DNA of 64,000 nt from Kiritimatiellia bacterium (GTDB lineage: Bacteria > Verrucomicrobiota > Kiritimatiellia > JAAZAB01), in assembly GCA_040767085.1 (NCBI GenBank), contig JAXGPF010000011.1:64001-128000 (forward strand), read 5' to 3'. A program made the position numbers and the translations under genes. Below the pieces are notes generated by a model. That model saw only the letters and a program-made list of their open reading frames with translations. It searched no databases and was not told the DNA's origin. Below are positions 50,752 to 59,712 of this stretch, in pieces (the first letter of the stretch is position 1; every line of letters begins with the position of its first letter).

Positions 50752-51123
50752 TTATGGCAGCGACGCTTTTAAGACTCGGTCGAGGTCGGCTTGGATTGGT
50801 TGGAGCAGTTCTATATCCATGAATCCGTCTTGCACCTGTTTTTGCGCCTTGACCAGGGCTTCCCGGAAGAATGCCGCGGCGAGCGCCGGGTGACCTTTTT
50901 TTTCGTAGACCATTCCCAGCCCGTTAAATCCGTCGGGCACATCGGGTTGCGCGAGCATAAGTTTGTTGAAAATTTCCTCGGCGTCGTTAAGCTTGCCGGC
51001 GTCAATCAGATCGAGTCCCTGATTCCACCATTCGATGTCGTCTTCTTCCTCGAGTGGCCGGATTTGCGGGTATTGTTTTCTGATATTTGCGATATATTCC
51101 GCGATATTTATGGGAGCACGCAT
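50752..51123 (-). CDS. Small TPR protein (transposon passenger); start uncertain (51123-51150)
   Basis: G.LNDAE..F.KL....PD..DG...LG.VY...G....A...F..AL. Confidence 0.7.
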   Translation of the reverse strand: MRAPINIAEYIANIRKQYPQIRPLEEEDDIEWWNQGLDLIDAGKLNDAEEIFNKLMLAQPDVPDGFNGLGMVYEKKGHPALAAAFFREALVKAQKQVQDGFMDIELLQPIQADLDRVLKASLP

Positions 51124-51678
51124 ATGCATAAGGTACTCAACAGCGGTCATTTTATCAAGTATTTAGAGCGATTTGATGGGAAGATTGCGCAGGCCGCCAA
51201 GGCGGAGATGTGCCGGTATTGCGGCGGCAAGCTGCATTGCGGCGATTATGCGCGCAAGCCGCGCGGTGTTGTCGGGTGGGATAAACGCCACAGTTTTAAC
51301 TGTGCGCGGTGTCGGCGGCGCAAGACGCCGCCCAGCGTGCGTTTTCTTGGGCGCCGGGTTTATGCGGGCGTGGTGGTGGCGCTGGTGAGCGCGCTGATGC
51401 ATGGTCTGAATGCTGGGCGCGCGCAGGTATTGGTTGAAAAACTGGGCATTGACCGGCGAACATTAAAGCGTTGGCTTGCATGGTGGCGCGCGGTGTTTGT
51501 GACGAGCGGGTTTTGGAAGGGCGCTCGGGCGAGTTTTATGCCACAGGTTGAGGCTACCCGGATGCCGTTGAGTTTATTGGAGGCGTTTGGCGCGGAGCGG
51601 CGCCGCGGGATGTTCAAGCTGTTACTTTTTATTGCGCCGATTACCACTGGTTCGTGTGAAATGGCGGTGGTTATGTGA
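51124..51678 (+). CDS. Zn-ribbon + HTH transposon accessory protein (DUF6431-like)
   Basis: CRYCGG, YARKPRG, CARCRRRKTPPSVRFLGRRVY, GIDRRTLKRW. Confidence 0.75.
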   Translation: MHKVLNSGHFIKYLERFDGKIAQAAKAEMCRYCGGKLHCGDYARKPRGVVGWDKRHSFNCARCRRRKTPPSVRFLGRRVYAGVVVALVSALMHGLNAGRAQVLVEKLGIDRRTLKRWLAWWRAVFVTSGFWKGARASFMPQVEATRMPLSLLEAFGAERRRGMFKLLLFIAPITTGSCEMAVVM

Positions 51679-51814
51679 TGGTTGTTTTTCTCCCGCAGAG
51701 CATGCCGCTGGAGCTTTGCGCGAGGGCGTTATACCTTGGGCGGCATTGCAACGGAATGGTCGGCGGAGCGGAATGGATTTCGCTTGGCGGCGGGCCAGAC
51801 GGGAGGGGTGCGCA

Positions 51815-53311
51815 ATGCCAAAACAGGATGCGGATTATAGCGCGGGTGGCGGTGGTTCCGGGGGATGCGCGCGGTGGGCGCATTTTCGTTTCAGCGTAAT
51901 TGGCCCATTATTGGCGGCGCCGCCGGGGCGGGGCGATTTGCAGGCGGAGATTGCGCTTCTGGCCGGCAAGCAATGGCGGCATCCGGTGACGGGGCAATGG
52001 GTGCGGTTTGGGTCTTCCACGATTGAGCGGTGGTATTACCGGGCTTTACATGGGGCCAAAGACCCGGTCGGCGTGTTGACGCGCAAGGTGCGCAACGATC
52101 ATGGCGCCCATCGCAGTTTGAGCTTTGAGTTGCGCAATGCAATAAGCGTCCAGCACCAACAACACCCGGAGTGGAGTTGCCAACTGCATTACGACAACCT
52201 GGCGGTGCGCGTGGCGGAGGATTCGCGACTGGGAGCGTTACCGTCTTATGTGTCGGTGCGCCGTTATATGCGTGCCGCGGGGATGTTCAAGCGCCGCCGT
52301 TTGGGCGGGCGCCGGGATACCGCCGGCGCCCGGGCCGCCGAAGCGCGGTTTGCGGCTTTAGAGGTGCGCTCCTACGAAAGCGAGTACGTCAATGCGCTAT
52401 GGCATTTGGACTTTCATCAGGGATCAATCCCGGTCTTGACCAAGCCCGGCGAGTGGTTGCGGCCGCAATTACTTGGAGTGTTGGACGATCATTCCCGCAT
52501 GTGCTGCCACTTGCAGTGGTACCTGGCGGAAACCGCCGAGAACCTGACGCATGGGTTAAGCCAAGCCATGCAAAAATGCGGTCTGCCAAGGGCGCTGATG
52601 ACGGACAACGGCGGCGCCATGACGGCCGACGAAACCACGCAAGGACTCGCGCGTTTAGGTGTTTTACACGAGAAGACGCTGCCCTATAGCGCCTACCAGA
52701 ACGGCAAACAGGAATCCTTCTGGGGGCAAATAGAAGGGCGGTTGCTGCCCATGCTCGGCGGCTGCCCTGATTTGACGCTGGCACAGCTCAACCAGGCGAC
52801 ACAGGCCTGGGTCGAAATGGAATATAACCGCAAGGTGCATTCCGCGACCGCCCGATCGCCGGTTGATCGTTTTGTCAATGTCAAAGACGTGGGCAGAACT
52901 TGCCCATCCGCGGAAGTCTTGCGCCAGGCATTCACCGCCGGATGTTCGCGAACGCAACGCTTTAGTGATGGCACCATTAGCATTGACGGCGTACGCTTCG
53001 AGGTGCCTTCCCGCTACCGCCATATCAAACGCATCGGCGTGCGATACGCCGCATGGGACTTGTCTTATGTTCATCTGGCCGACGCGCGTAGCGATCAAAT
53101 CTTGACGCGGCTATTTCCGCAAGACAAACACAAAAACGCCGACGGCCACCGCCGCCAAAAGGAAACCATAGGCGACCATCCCGATCCAACATCGCCGCCG
53201 CCGCGGTCAACCGGCATGGCGCCACTGTTGCGCAAATTCATCGCGGATTATGCCGCCACCGGGCTGCCGCCAGCTTATCTGCCAAAGGATGAACTCAAAA
53301 TACAGGAGTAA
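51815..53311 (+). CDS. DDE integrase-core transposase with Mu-transposase-like C-terminus
   Basis: LWHLD, LDDHSR, TDNG, NGKQE, YNRKVHS, DGTISIDG.RFEVP. Confidence 0.9.
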   Translation: MPKQDADYSAGGGGSGGCARWAHFRFSVIGPLLAAPPGRGDLQAEIALLAGKQWRHPVTGQWVRFGSSTIERWYYRALHGAKDPVGVLTRKVRNDHGAHRSLSFELRNAISVQHQQHPEWSCQLHYDNLAVRVAEDSRLGALPSYVSVRRYMRAAGMFKRRRLGGRRDTAGARAAEARFAALEVRSYESEYVNALWHLDFHQGSIPVLTKPGEWLRPQLLGVLDDHSRMCCHLQWYLAETAENLTHGLSQAMQKCGLPRALMTDNGGAMTADETTQGLARLGVLHEKTLPYSAYQNGKQESFWGQIEGRLLPMLGGCPDLTLAQLNQATQAWVEMEYNRKVHSATARSPVDRFVNVKDVGRTCPSAEVLRQAFTAGCSRTQRFSDGTISIDGVRFEVPSRYRHIKRIGVRYAAWDLSYVHLADARSDQILTRLFPQDKHKNADGHRRQKETIGDHPDPTSPPPRSTGMAPLLRKFIADYAATGLPPAYLPKDELKIQE

Positions 53312-53320
53312 TCAAACATC

Positions 53321-54151
53321 ATGAGTAAAAAACTACTTGCGCTATACAGCCTGAAGTACAACCCGTTCTGCCAGGAAGTGCCGACCGCCGCACTATTCAG
53401 GACGCCGGCCGTCGAACATTTTTGCTGGCGGATTGAAAATCAGGTCGGCGAAGGCGGCTTCGCGTTGGTTACCGGCTCGCCCGGATCCGGCAAAAGCGTG
53501 GCGCTGCGTATTCTGGCCGACCGGCTGCGCGGCATCCCGGATATCACCGTCGGCATCATCACCCGACCACAAGCATCCGTGGCCGACTTCTACCGCGAAA
53601 TGGGCGATCTGTTCGCAACTACGCTGACGCCAAGCAACCGTTGGGGCGGCGCCAAGGCGTTGCGTCAAAAATGGCTGACCCATATTGACGCCTCGCTCTA
53701 CCGCCCCGTCCTCCTCATCGATGAAGCCCAACTCATGACGCCGGGAACACTGGGTGAACTGCGCATGCTGGCAAGCGCCGAACTCGACTCGCGTAGCATC
53801 CTCACCGTGGTGCTCGCCGGGGATGAAAGACTGGTTAACAAACTGCGCAGCGACGACCTGTTGCCAATGGCCAGCCGTATCCGCTGCCGGCTGCCCTGTG
53901 ACCCCGCCACCCCTCAACAACTACGCGAATGCCTCAACCATCAGCTAAAACAGGCCGGCAACACCAGATTGCTTTCAGACCCCGTAATCGCCGCGCTTTG
54001 CGAACATGCCGCCGGAAATTACCGGTCTTTAATGAACATGGCCAACGACCTCTTGGCCGCCGCATTACAACGTGAACTCGACCAAATTGATGAAAAACTC
54101 TTCTTCGATGTGTTCAATATCCGTGCCATATCAACGCAAAAATCCCAATAA
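53321..54151 (+). CDS. ExeA-like AAA+ transposition ATPase
   Basis: NPF, GSPGSGKS, LLIDEAQ, VLAG, GNYR. Confidence 0.9.
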   Translation: MSKKLLALYSLKYNPFCQEVPTAALFRTPAVEHFCWRIENQVGEGGFALVTGSPGSGKSVALRILADRLRGIPDITVGIITRPQASVADFYREMGDLFATTLTPSNRWGGAKALRQKWLTHIDASLYRPVLLIDEAQLMTPGTLGELRMLASAELDSRSILTVVLAGDERLVNKLRSDDLLPMASRIRCRLPCDPATPQQLRECLNHQLKQAGNTRLLSDPVIAALCEHAAGNYRSLMNMANDLLAAALQRELDQIDEKLFFDVFNIRAISTQKSQ

Positions 54152-54304
54152 AGCAACAACACTTAAACACGACAAGTAAAGACGGGGCGCCTACACGTCA
54201 CGCCCAATTAAAAAGCGAATAGGCTCTCATTAAACAAGCCAGGCCAAACACATATCCATCAATTATCACGACAAATCATCCATCATTTTTTGTGATCGCT
54301 CTCA

Positions 54305-54643
54305 TTCCTCGATCAAGGGCGGCCGGACATGTTTCGCCTTCACCGGCGTCAGCCCGAATTTTTCAAATTTATCCGTATCGGCGCCGGAACAGGTCCCCGC
54401 ACCCACGACCTTGTCCAGGAGGTCAACCCCGGGAATGGCAATCACGCATTCTTTTGACTTCCGCAGGGCGGCATAGGAATAGTTCCATGGCCCGGTGGCA
54501 ATGGCAAACTTCGAGGCGAAGTCCAGCACCATGGTCCAGGAAATCGTCATAATGTTGTTCCGCCTGCCATGATTGGTTGTAACCAGGACCACCGGCCCTG
54601 GCTCAATCAGCATGAATGCTTTGTGGATTTGCATATCTTCCAT
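54305..54643 (-). pseudogene. 5' half of flavin reductase family gene
   Basis: EPGPVVLVTT, NIMTISW, ECVIAIP, GTCSG..TDKF, PPLIE. Confidence 0.88.
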
Positions 54644-54764
54644 GAAGCCATCCTAACGTGAGCTTGCGCCCACAACCCAACGCCAGGCGCGCAGGTCCTG
54701 CCTGTGCGTGTCCGCACACAGACTGGCCGCAAGGGCGGTCTGCGCCTTGCGCGCCGATTACGAA

Positions 54765-54790
54765 GGCGGCCAAGGGACTGGCCGCCCTAC
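54765..54790 (-). repeat. GTAG REP identical to prophage copy at 39054-39079
   Basis: GTAGGGCGGCCAGTCCCTTGGCCGCC. Confidence 0.8.
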
Positions 54791-54873
54791 CAATTTTAGA
54801 TACGCAGAAATGTTTGTTTTGAGCCGGTTAGCAAGCCGGCAGACGCAAGCGTCCGGCGGTTCCCGGCGCCAGA

Positions 54874-55593
54874 TCAACTCCAGAACAACAACTTGATGCC
54901 CACCAGCCCGAGAAAGATGCCGACGAAAATACGGAATGATTTCTGCGGGACGCCGGCCAGAAACCGCTTCGCGGCATACGCGCCGATGAAGGACACCGGG
55001 ATGCTCAGGATCAGCGCCGCCAGGAGGTCCTGCTCCAGCCGGACGCCGCCCCAGAGGTAGCGCGATACCCGCGTGACATCAATGAAAAGGGCAATCAGGC
55101 CGGAGGTGAAGATGTAAACTTCCTTGGGTAGATTGAAAGCCGCCAGGAAGGCGCCCCGAACGGCGCCCCCGACCCCGAAGAATCCGGCAAACAATCCTGA
55201 CAGGGCGCCCCCGCAGACCGACGTCCCATGCGTCCTGGGCAAAGACCAGTCGCGATTGAAGAACAGGAATCCGACATACAGGATCAGAAAAGCGCCCAGA
55301 ATCCGCCTGAGCGGAAACTCCTGCGCCTGCATGGACAGCGATGCGCCCAGGTAGCTGGCCGCAATGCCGGCCAACCCGAAGCCCAGGATCAATTTCCATT
55401 CGAATCCGCGCTTGAAGAGCAGCACCTTCCAGACGTCGCCGCACAAGTGAATAGCGCCGACGAAAAGCAGGGCGACCGGCATGGGCACGAACAGGGTCAT
55501 GACCGGGATCATCACCGTCGAGGTCCCGAATCCCGTTGCCGTGCCAATGAGCGATGCAACGAGTGTCAGTGCGCAAAGCGCAATCAATTGCAT
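54874..55593 (-). CDS. TauE/SafE family membrane protein
   Basis: GFG....IP, about 8 TM segments, G.FGVGG repeat. Confidence 0.85.
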   Translation of the reverse strand: MQLIALCALTLVASLIGTATGFGTSTVMIPVMTLFVPMPVALLFVGAIHLCGDVWKVLLFKRGFEWKLILGFGLAGIAASYLGASLSMQAQEFPLRRILGAFLILYVGFLFFNRDWSLPRTHGTSVCGGALSGLFAGFFGVGGAVRGAFLAAFNLPKEVYIFTSGLIALFIDVTRVSRYLWGGVRLEQDLLAALILSIPVSFIGAYAAKRFLAGVPQKSFRIFVGIFLGLVGIKLLFWS

Positions 55594-55639
55594 CGTGCGC
55601 CTCTATGTTTATCCGGTTGTCACTCGCCGGAGCCGCGGA

Positions 55640-58528
55640 TCAGCGGGCCGGGACATACCCGGCGCCGCCGAAGATTCCAGTTTGCAGATCGTAGCCGCTG
55701 CCGGACAGGCGCGCCGACCACTGGCCGTCCGCCGCGCGATAAACCGCCGGGTCGGCCTGGCCATCGCCGTCGTAATCCGCGGGCGCGGGCAGGCAATTAC
55801 CCTCCGTAAATCCGACAATCTCCGTCAGGGAATAGTTGCCGGATGAAAGGCGGAAGCTCCAGGCGCCGTCTGCCAGGCGGTATATTGCCGGGTCGGTTTT
55901 GCCATCGCCATCGTAATCCGCCGGCGCCGCCAGCGCGCCGGCCGCTCCGAATCCAGCCAGCCCGGCTTCCGCGTATCCGCTGCCGGAAAGCAGCACCCGC
56001 CATATGCCGGCGGCGGCCCCGAAGATTGCCGGGTCGGTTTTGCCGTCGCCGTCATAATCCGCGGGAATGGGCGCGCAATTCACGCCGCCGGGTTGGCGGA
56101 ACGCATAAGCGGAATAATTGCCGGATGACAGCCGGAAGTTCCAGGTTCCATCCGCGGCGTTGTAGAAGGCCGGGTCGGCTTTCCCATCGCCATCGTAATC
56201 CGCCGGCGCCGCCAGCGCGCCGGCCGCTCCGAATCCGGCCAGCCCGGTTTCCGCGTATCCGCTGCCGGAAAGCAACACCCGCCAGGCGCCGGCAGCGGCG
56301 TTGAAGACGGCCGGATCCATCCGGCCATCGCCGTCAAAATCCTCCGGCGCGGCCTGCCAGCCGGCGCCGCCCAGCGTCAAGGCGCCCGAACTGGCGTACC
56401 CGGTCGAAGAAAGCGCTGCCTGCCACCTTGCCTCCGCGGCGGAATATAATGCCAGCTCCGCACGGCTGTCGCCGTCATAATCGGCGGCAGCGCGCCGCCA
56501 CAGGGCCCGCAGGATATAATCGCCGCCGGCGGCATGGCCGCGCGTCACGGTCGCATATGCCGCCCCGGAACCCGCCGCCAGTATCCGCCCGGGAAATGGC
56601 TGCCGGATCCGGCACTGGCGGAATTGATCGTTCAACACGTACACGGCAAACGAGTCCGGCGCGCTGAGGTTGAGTTCAAGGCTGCCGCTGCCGGAGCGCG
56701 GCAGGCGGTGCCAGCCTGTGACGTCGCCGGCCAGAGTTGCCGCCGCCGTCCCCGGCACGGCGAGTTCCGGCAGACCTGACACCGGCCGGTAATGCGCGCC
56801 GCTGAGGCGCAGCCATTCTTCGCCATTGGTGGCCACGACCTGCAGTGCGCCGTCGCTGTTCCGGCCGGTGATGAAGGGATACGCCAGGACATCATTCACC
56901 GGCATGAAGGTGCGGCCGAACACCAGGAACCCGTTTGTCGCCAGCAACGCGCGTTGATCCAGCGTGTCAGTCTCCCATTGGAAGCTGGAAGGCCAGGTAT
57001 CGGCCGGCGCCCACCGGGTTTGCGCGCGCGCGAGCCAGGCGGTGGAAATGGCGGCCGGCTCGATCTTCTCCCCCGCCAGCATGTCCGTCCAGAACCAGGT
57101 CCGCGGCTCGCGCATCAGCGCGAAAATCCGCCCCTGTACGTTGGTGAATCCCACCTGCAAGGCGGCGTCGCCCGGCGTCCAGAACCAGCCATTTGAATGG
57201 GGAACCATGTTGGAGTACGCGTAAACGCCATAGCCCGGCACGGTCATCGTGCAGGAAAGCGTTTGCGTATCCGAAGTGACGCTGAGATACCCGGAAGCAT
57301 GCGCATAAAATCCGTGCAATTCCGCCCAGGGGATCGGCGGTGCGGCGGATGCCGGGCTGTCGGGGAAGGGCGGCGCATTGGTCTGCTCCGGCAGGCCGAA
57401 TTTGTCGCGCAAGGCCGACATCAGCACCCGGTGGGCGGTATCCTCGGCAATGGCGCCGCCATTGCACATCACCGCCACACCGAGCCCGTGTTCGGGCATC
57501 ACTTCCAGCATGGCATGGAAGCAAATGCTGTCGCCGGATTTCCCGCACGCCCGGCCGGCATACGCCAGGCTGGGCTCGGCCACATTATCCAGCCCCAGCC
57601 CGTTCAGGGCTGACGGATCGCTCTCTATGATCGCAACGTTTGATCCCTGCCAGGCATACATGGCCTCCAGCGCATTGGAACTCACCACGCGCGCGCCGCG
57701 GAACTCGCCCCAGCCCAGCATCATTTCAACCAGCCGCGCCATATCCCCGGCGGTGGAATACAAGCCGCCGCTGGCAAACACGTTGACCACCTCGTCCCGG
57801 AAGACGTTAGTGCCGGACATTGACCGCGCCAGCCGGCCTTCAAACCGGTTGGTATCATAAAGGAAAGTCGTATTGGTCATGCCCAGCGGCGCCAGCAGTT
57901 CCCCGGTGATGTAATCTATCACCCCGGTGCCGCTGATGGCTTCCAGCATGGCGCCCATGACCGTAAAGCCGTTGTTGCAGTAAGTATCGGTCAAGCCAAG
58001 CGGGAAAACCGGGTAATCCATGCTTAAATCGGCCAGCATCATTTCGGCATAGCGCAAATCCTGCACCGTATCGTCGCCATACGGGATGAAATTACCGGGC
58101 ATGCCGCTCTGGTGGTTGAGCAGCATACGTACGGTGATCGGCGGGGCATGGGGGAAGCGGGGCTTCAGTTGGAACTGCGGCAGGTAGTTGGTGGCGGGCG
58201 CATCCAGTTCCAGCCGGAGGCGGTCAACCTCGCGCATGGCGGCCAGGGTGGTGAATGTTTTGGACACGCTGCAAATGCGGTAAACTGTAGCGGCATCCGC
58301 CGGAATGCCCTCCACCGGATCGGCCAGTCCGAACCCGGCCGTCCAAACCGTCTGGGTGCCGTCCACCAGCGCCAAGGCGGCGCTGGCAGCGCCTTTCGTC
58401 TGAAGCTGGTTGGTGATCCAAGCCGGCATCTCCCGGATGGTACGGGAATAATCCGCCGCGGCAGCGGTAATGGTTGCCGCCATTAACCCCGCCGCCGCAT
58501 ACAGCGCCGCTTTGAATGATTTTGACAT
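55640..58528 (-). CDS. Secreted serine hydrolase (beta-lactamase/S12 family) with C-terminal FG-GAP repeats
   Basis: SVSK, LLNHQSG, YCN, GGLYST, KSG; six DY/FDGDGxxDxA repeats. Confidence 0.88.
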   Translation of the reverse strand: MSKSFKAALYAAAGLMAATITAAAADYSRTIREMPAWITNQLQTKGAASAALALVDGTQTVWTAGFGLADPVEGIPADAATVYRICSVSKTFTTLAAMREVDRLRLELDAPATNYLPQFQLKPRFPHAPPITVRMLLNHQSGMPGNFIPYGDDTVQDLRYAEMMLADLSMDYPVFPLGLTDTYCNNGFTVMGAMLEAISGTGVIDYITGELLAPLGMTNTTFLYDTNRFEGRLARSMSGTNVFRDEVVNVFASGGLYSTAGDMARLVEMMLGWGEFRGARVVSSNALEAMYAWQGSNVAIIESDPSALNGLGLDNVAEPSLAYAGRACGKSGDSICFHAMLEVMPEHGLGVAVMCNGGAIAEDTAHRVLMSALRDKFGLPEQTNAPPFPDSPASAAPPIPWAELHGFYAHASGYLSVTSDTQTLSCTMTVPGYGVYAYSNMVPHSNGWFWTPGDAALQVGFTNVQGRIFALMREPRTWFWTDMLAGEKIEPAAISTAWLARAQTRWAPADTWPSSFQWETDTLDQRALLATNGFLVFGRTFMPVNDVLAYPFITGRNSDGALQVVATNGEEWLRLSGAHYRPVSGLPELAVPGTAAATLAGDVTGWHRLPRSGSGSLELNLSAPDSFAVYVLNDQFRQCRIRQPFPGRILAAGSGAAYATVTRGHAAGGDYILRALWRRAAADYDGDSRAELALYSAAEARWQAALSSTGYASSGALTLGGAGWQAAPEDFDGDGRMDPAVFNAAAGAWRVLLSGSGYAETGLAGFGAAGALAAPADYDGDGKADPAFYNAADGTWNFRLSSGNYSAYAFRQPGGVNCAPIPADYDGDGKTDPAIFGAAAGIWRVLLSGSGYAEAGLAGFGAAGALAAPADYDGDGKTDPAIYRLADGAWSFRLSSGNYSLTEIVGFTEGNCLPAPADYDGDGQADPAVYRAADGQWSARLSGSGYDLQTGIFGGAGYVPAR

Positions 58529-58830
58529 GACAGATCCTGGCCTTGGTTTAGGTTGTTTTGCTGGAATTATATGATATTCAAGCCAGGACACAATTCATTA
58601 TATTGATTCTTGTGAAAAATCTGGCAGACTTAGTGCCTTAAACCACAGCACCTGCCCAAAAAACAAGAAATTTTGATTGGCAGTTGCCGCAGTTTCAGTC
58701 ACGGTGCAGGTGCAGGCGACAGGCTTGCCATCCTCCCGTGAGGTGGTGCAGGCTGGTCCAGTTTTTACTGGATGCAACCAGTCCGGCATAGATTATGCGA
58801 CGGCAGATTGCGGCCCCAGGCCGCCTTATT

Positions 58831-59646
58831 ATGCAAATACCAGTCATGATCGCCAGACTCGCCGCGGCGGCGCGGGTTGAGCGCGCGCAGCATATGCGCT
58901 ACGCCGGCGCTTTTTTCGGCGCGGGCCATGCCCACCCCGGCCTGCATCACCTGGACTGGCTGGACCAGGGGCGGACGACGGCGCGCGTGGCCGGCCAAAT
59001 CATTCCCCTGCAGCCGGGTCAGGCCTTGTTCGTGCGCGCCGGCCGCCGGCATAGTTCACTGGAGCCGGCGCCGGCGCCGGTGTTCGATGTTTACAGCGTA
59101 TCCTTCCGGCTGGCGGGTTGCCCGCCCTGGCCGCCGGTCATCCCCGTGGCTGATCGCGAGGCGGCAGGGACGATTTTCCGGGAGTTGATTGACGAGTTCG
59201 CGGCCGAACGGCCCGGCCGCGCATTGTCGTTGCGGTTGCTCCTGGCGCGCCTGTTCCTGCAACTCTGGCGCGGCGGGACAACGCCGGCCGATCCGGCGGG
59301 CAGCGCGCCGGCGCCGGCGGACCATGCGCGCGAAAAAATCCGCCAGGCCGTGGATTTCATTCACGCGCATTACATGCGCAAGATCAGCGCGCGGGATATC
59401 GCCGCCGCCATCCATGTGAGCGTCAGTTTCCTGAGCCATAATTTCCGGCGCGAAACCGGGCTGGCGCCCAACGCTTACCTGGTGCGCTACCGCCTGGAAA
59501 AAGCCCTGTGGCTGCTGGGCAAAACCGGCTATAAAACCGCCGCCATCGCGGCCATGATCGGGTTCGCCAGCCCGCATTATTTTTACCGGGTGTTTAAAAG
59601 GCATTACAAAATGCCGCCGCGCCAATACCACGGCCATGCCGGATAG
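58831..59646 (+). CDS. AraC family transcriptional regulator
   Basis: Cupin-like N-terminus; FRRETG, RLEKA..LL, IA..IGF.SP.YF.RVFK. Confidence 0.9.
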   Translation: MQIPVMIARLAAAARVERAQHMRYAGAFFGAGHAHPGLHHLDWLDQGRTTARVAGQIIPLQPGQALFVRAGRRHSSLEPAPAPVFDVYSVSFRLAGCPPWPPVIPVADREAAGTIFRELIDEFAAERPGRALSLRLLLARLFLQLWRGGTTPADPAGSAPAPADHAREKIRQAVDFIHAHYMRKISARDIAAAIHVSVSFLSHNFRRETGLAPNAYLVRYRLEKALWLLGKTGYKTAAIAAMIGFASPHYFYRVFKRHYKMPPRQYHGHAG

Positions 59647-59712
59647 TGCACACATTATGCCGGATTGTGCGATTGCCGCCCGCGGGCGCTGCCATTAGGA
59701 TGTTCCCCGCCC

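Larger units (their letters stand above)
50566..54304 (+). mobile_element. 3739-bp transposon: Zn-ribbon/HTH + DDE transposase + ExeA-like ATPase, with TPR passenger
   Basis: TG...CA ends (TGAGCAGGATC / GATCGCTCTCA), TTC duplicated on both sides, splits a host gene. Confidence 0.88.

Noticed and set aside
50566-54304. CRISPR-associated or Tn7-like transposon
   Set aside because: No TniQ/TnsD, TnsA, Cas gene or array inside the defined ends; TSD is 3 bp
55900-56285. Near-identical ~100-bp direct repeats 282 bp apart
   Set aside because: Internal duplication of FG-GAP blades within a coding sequence
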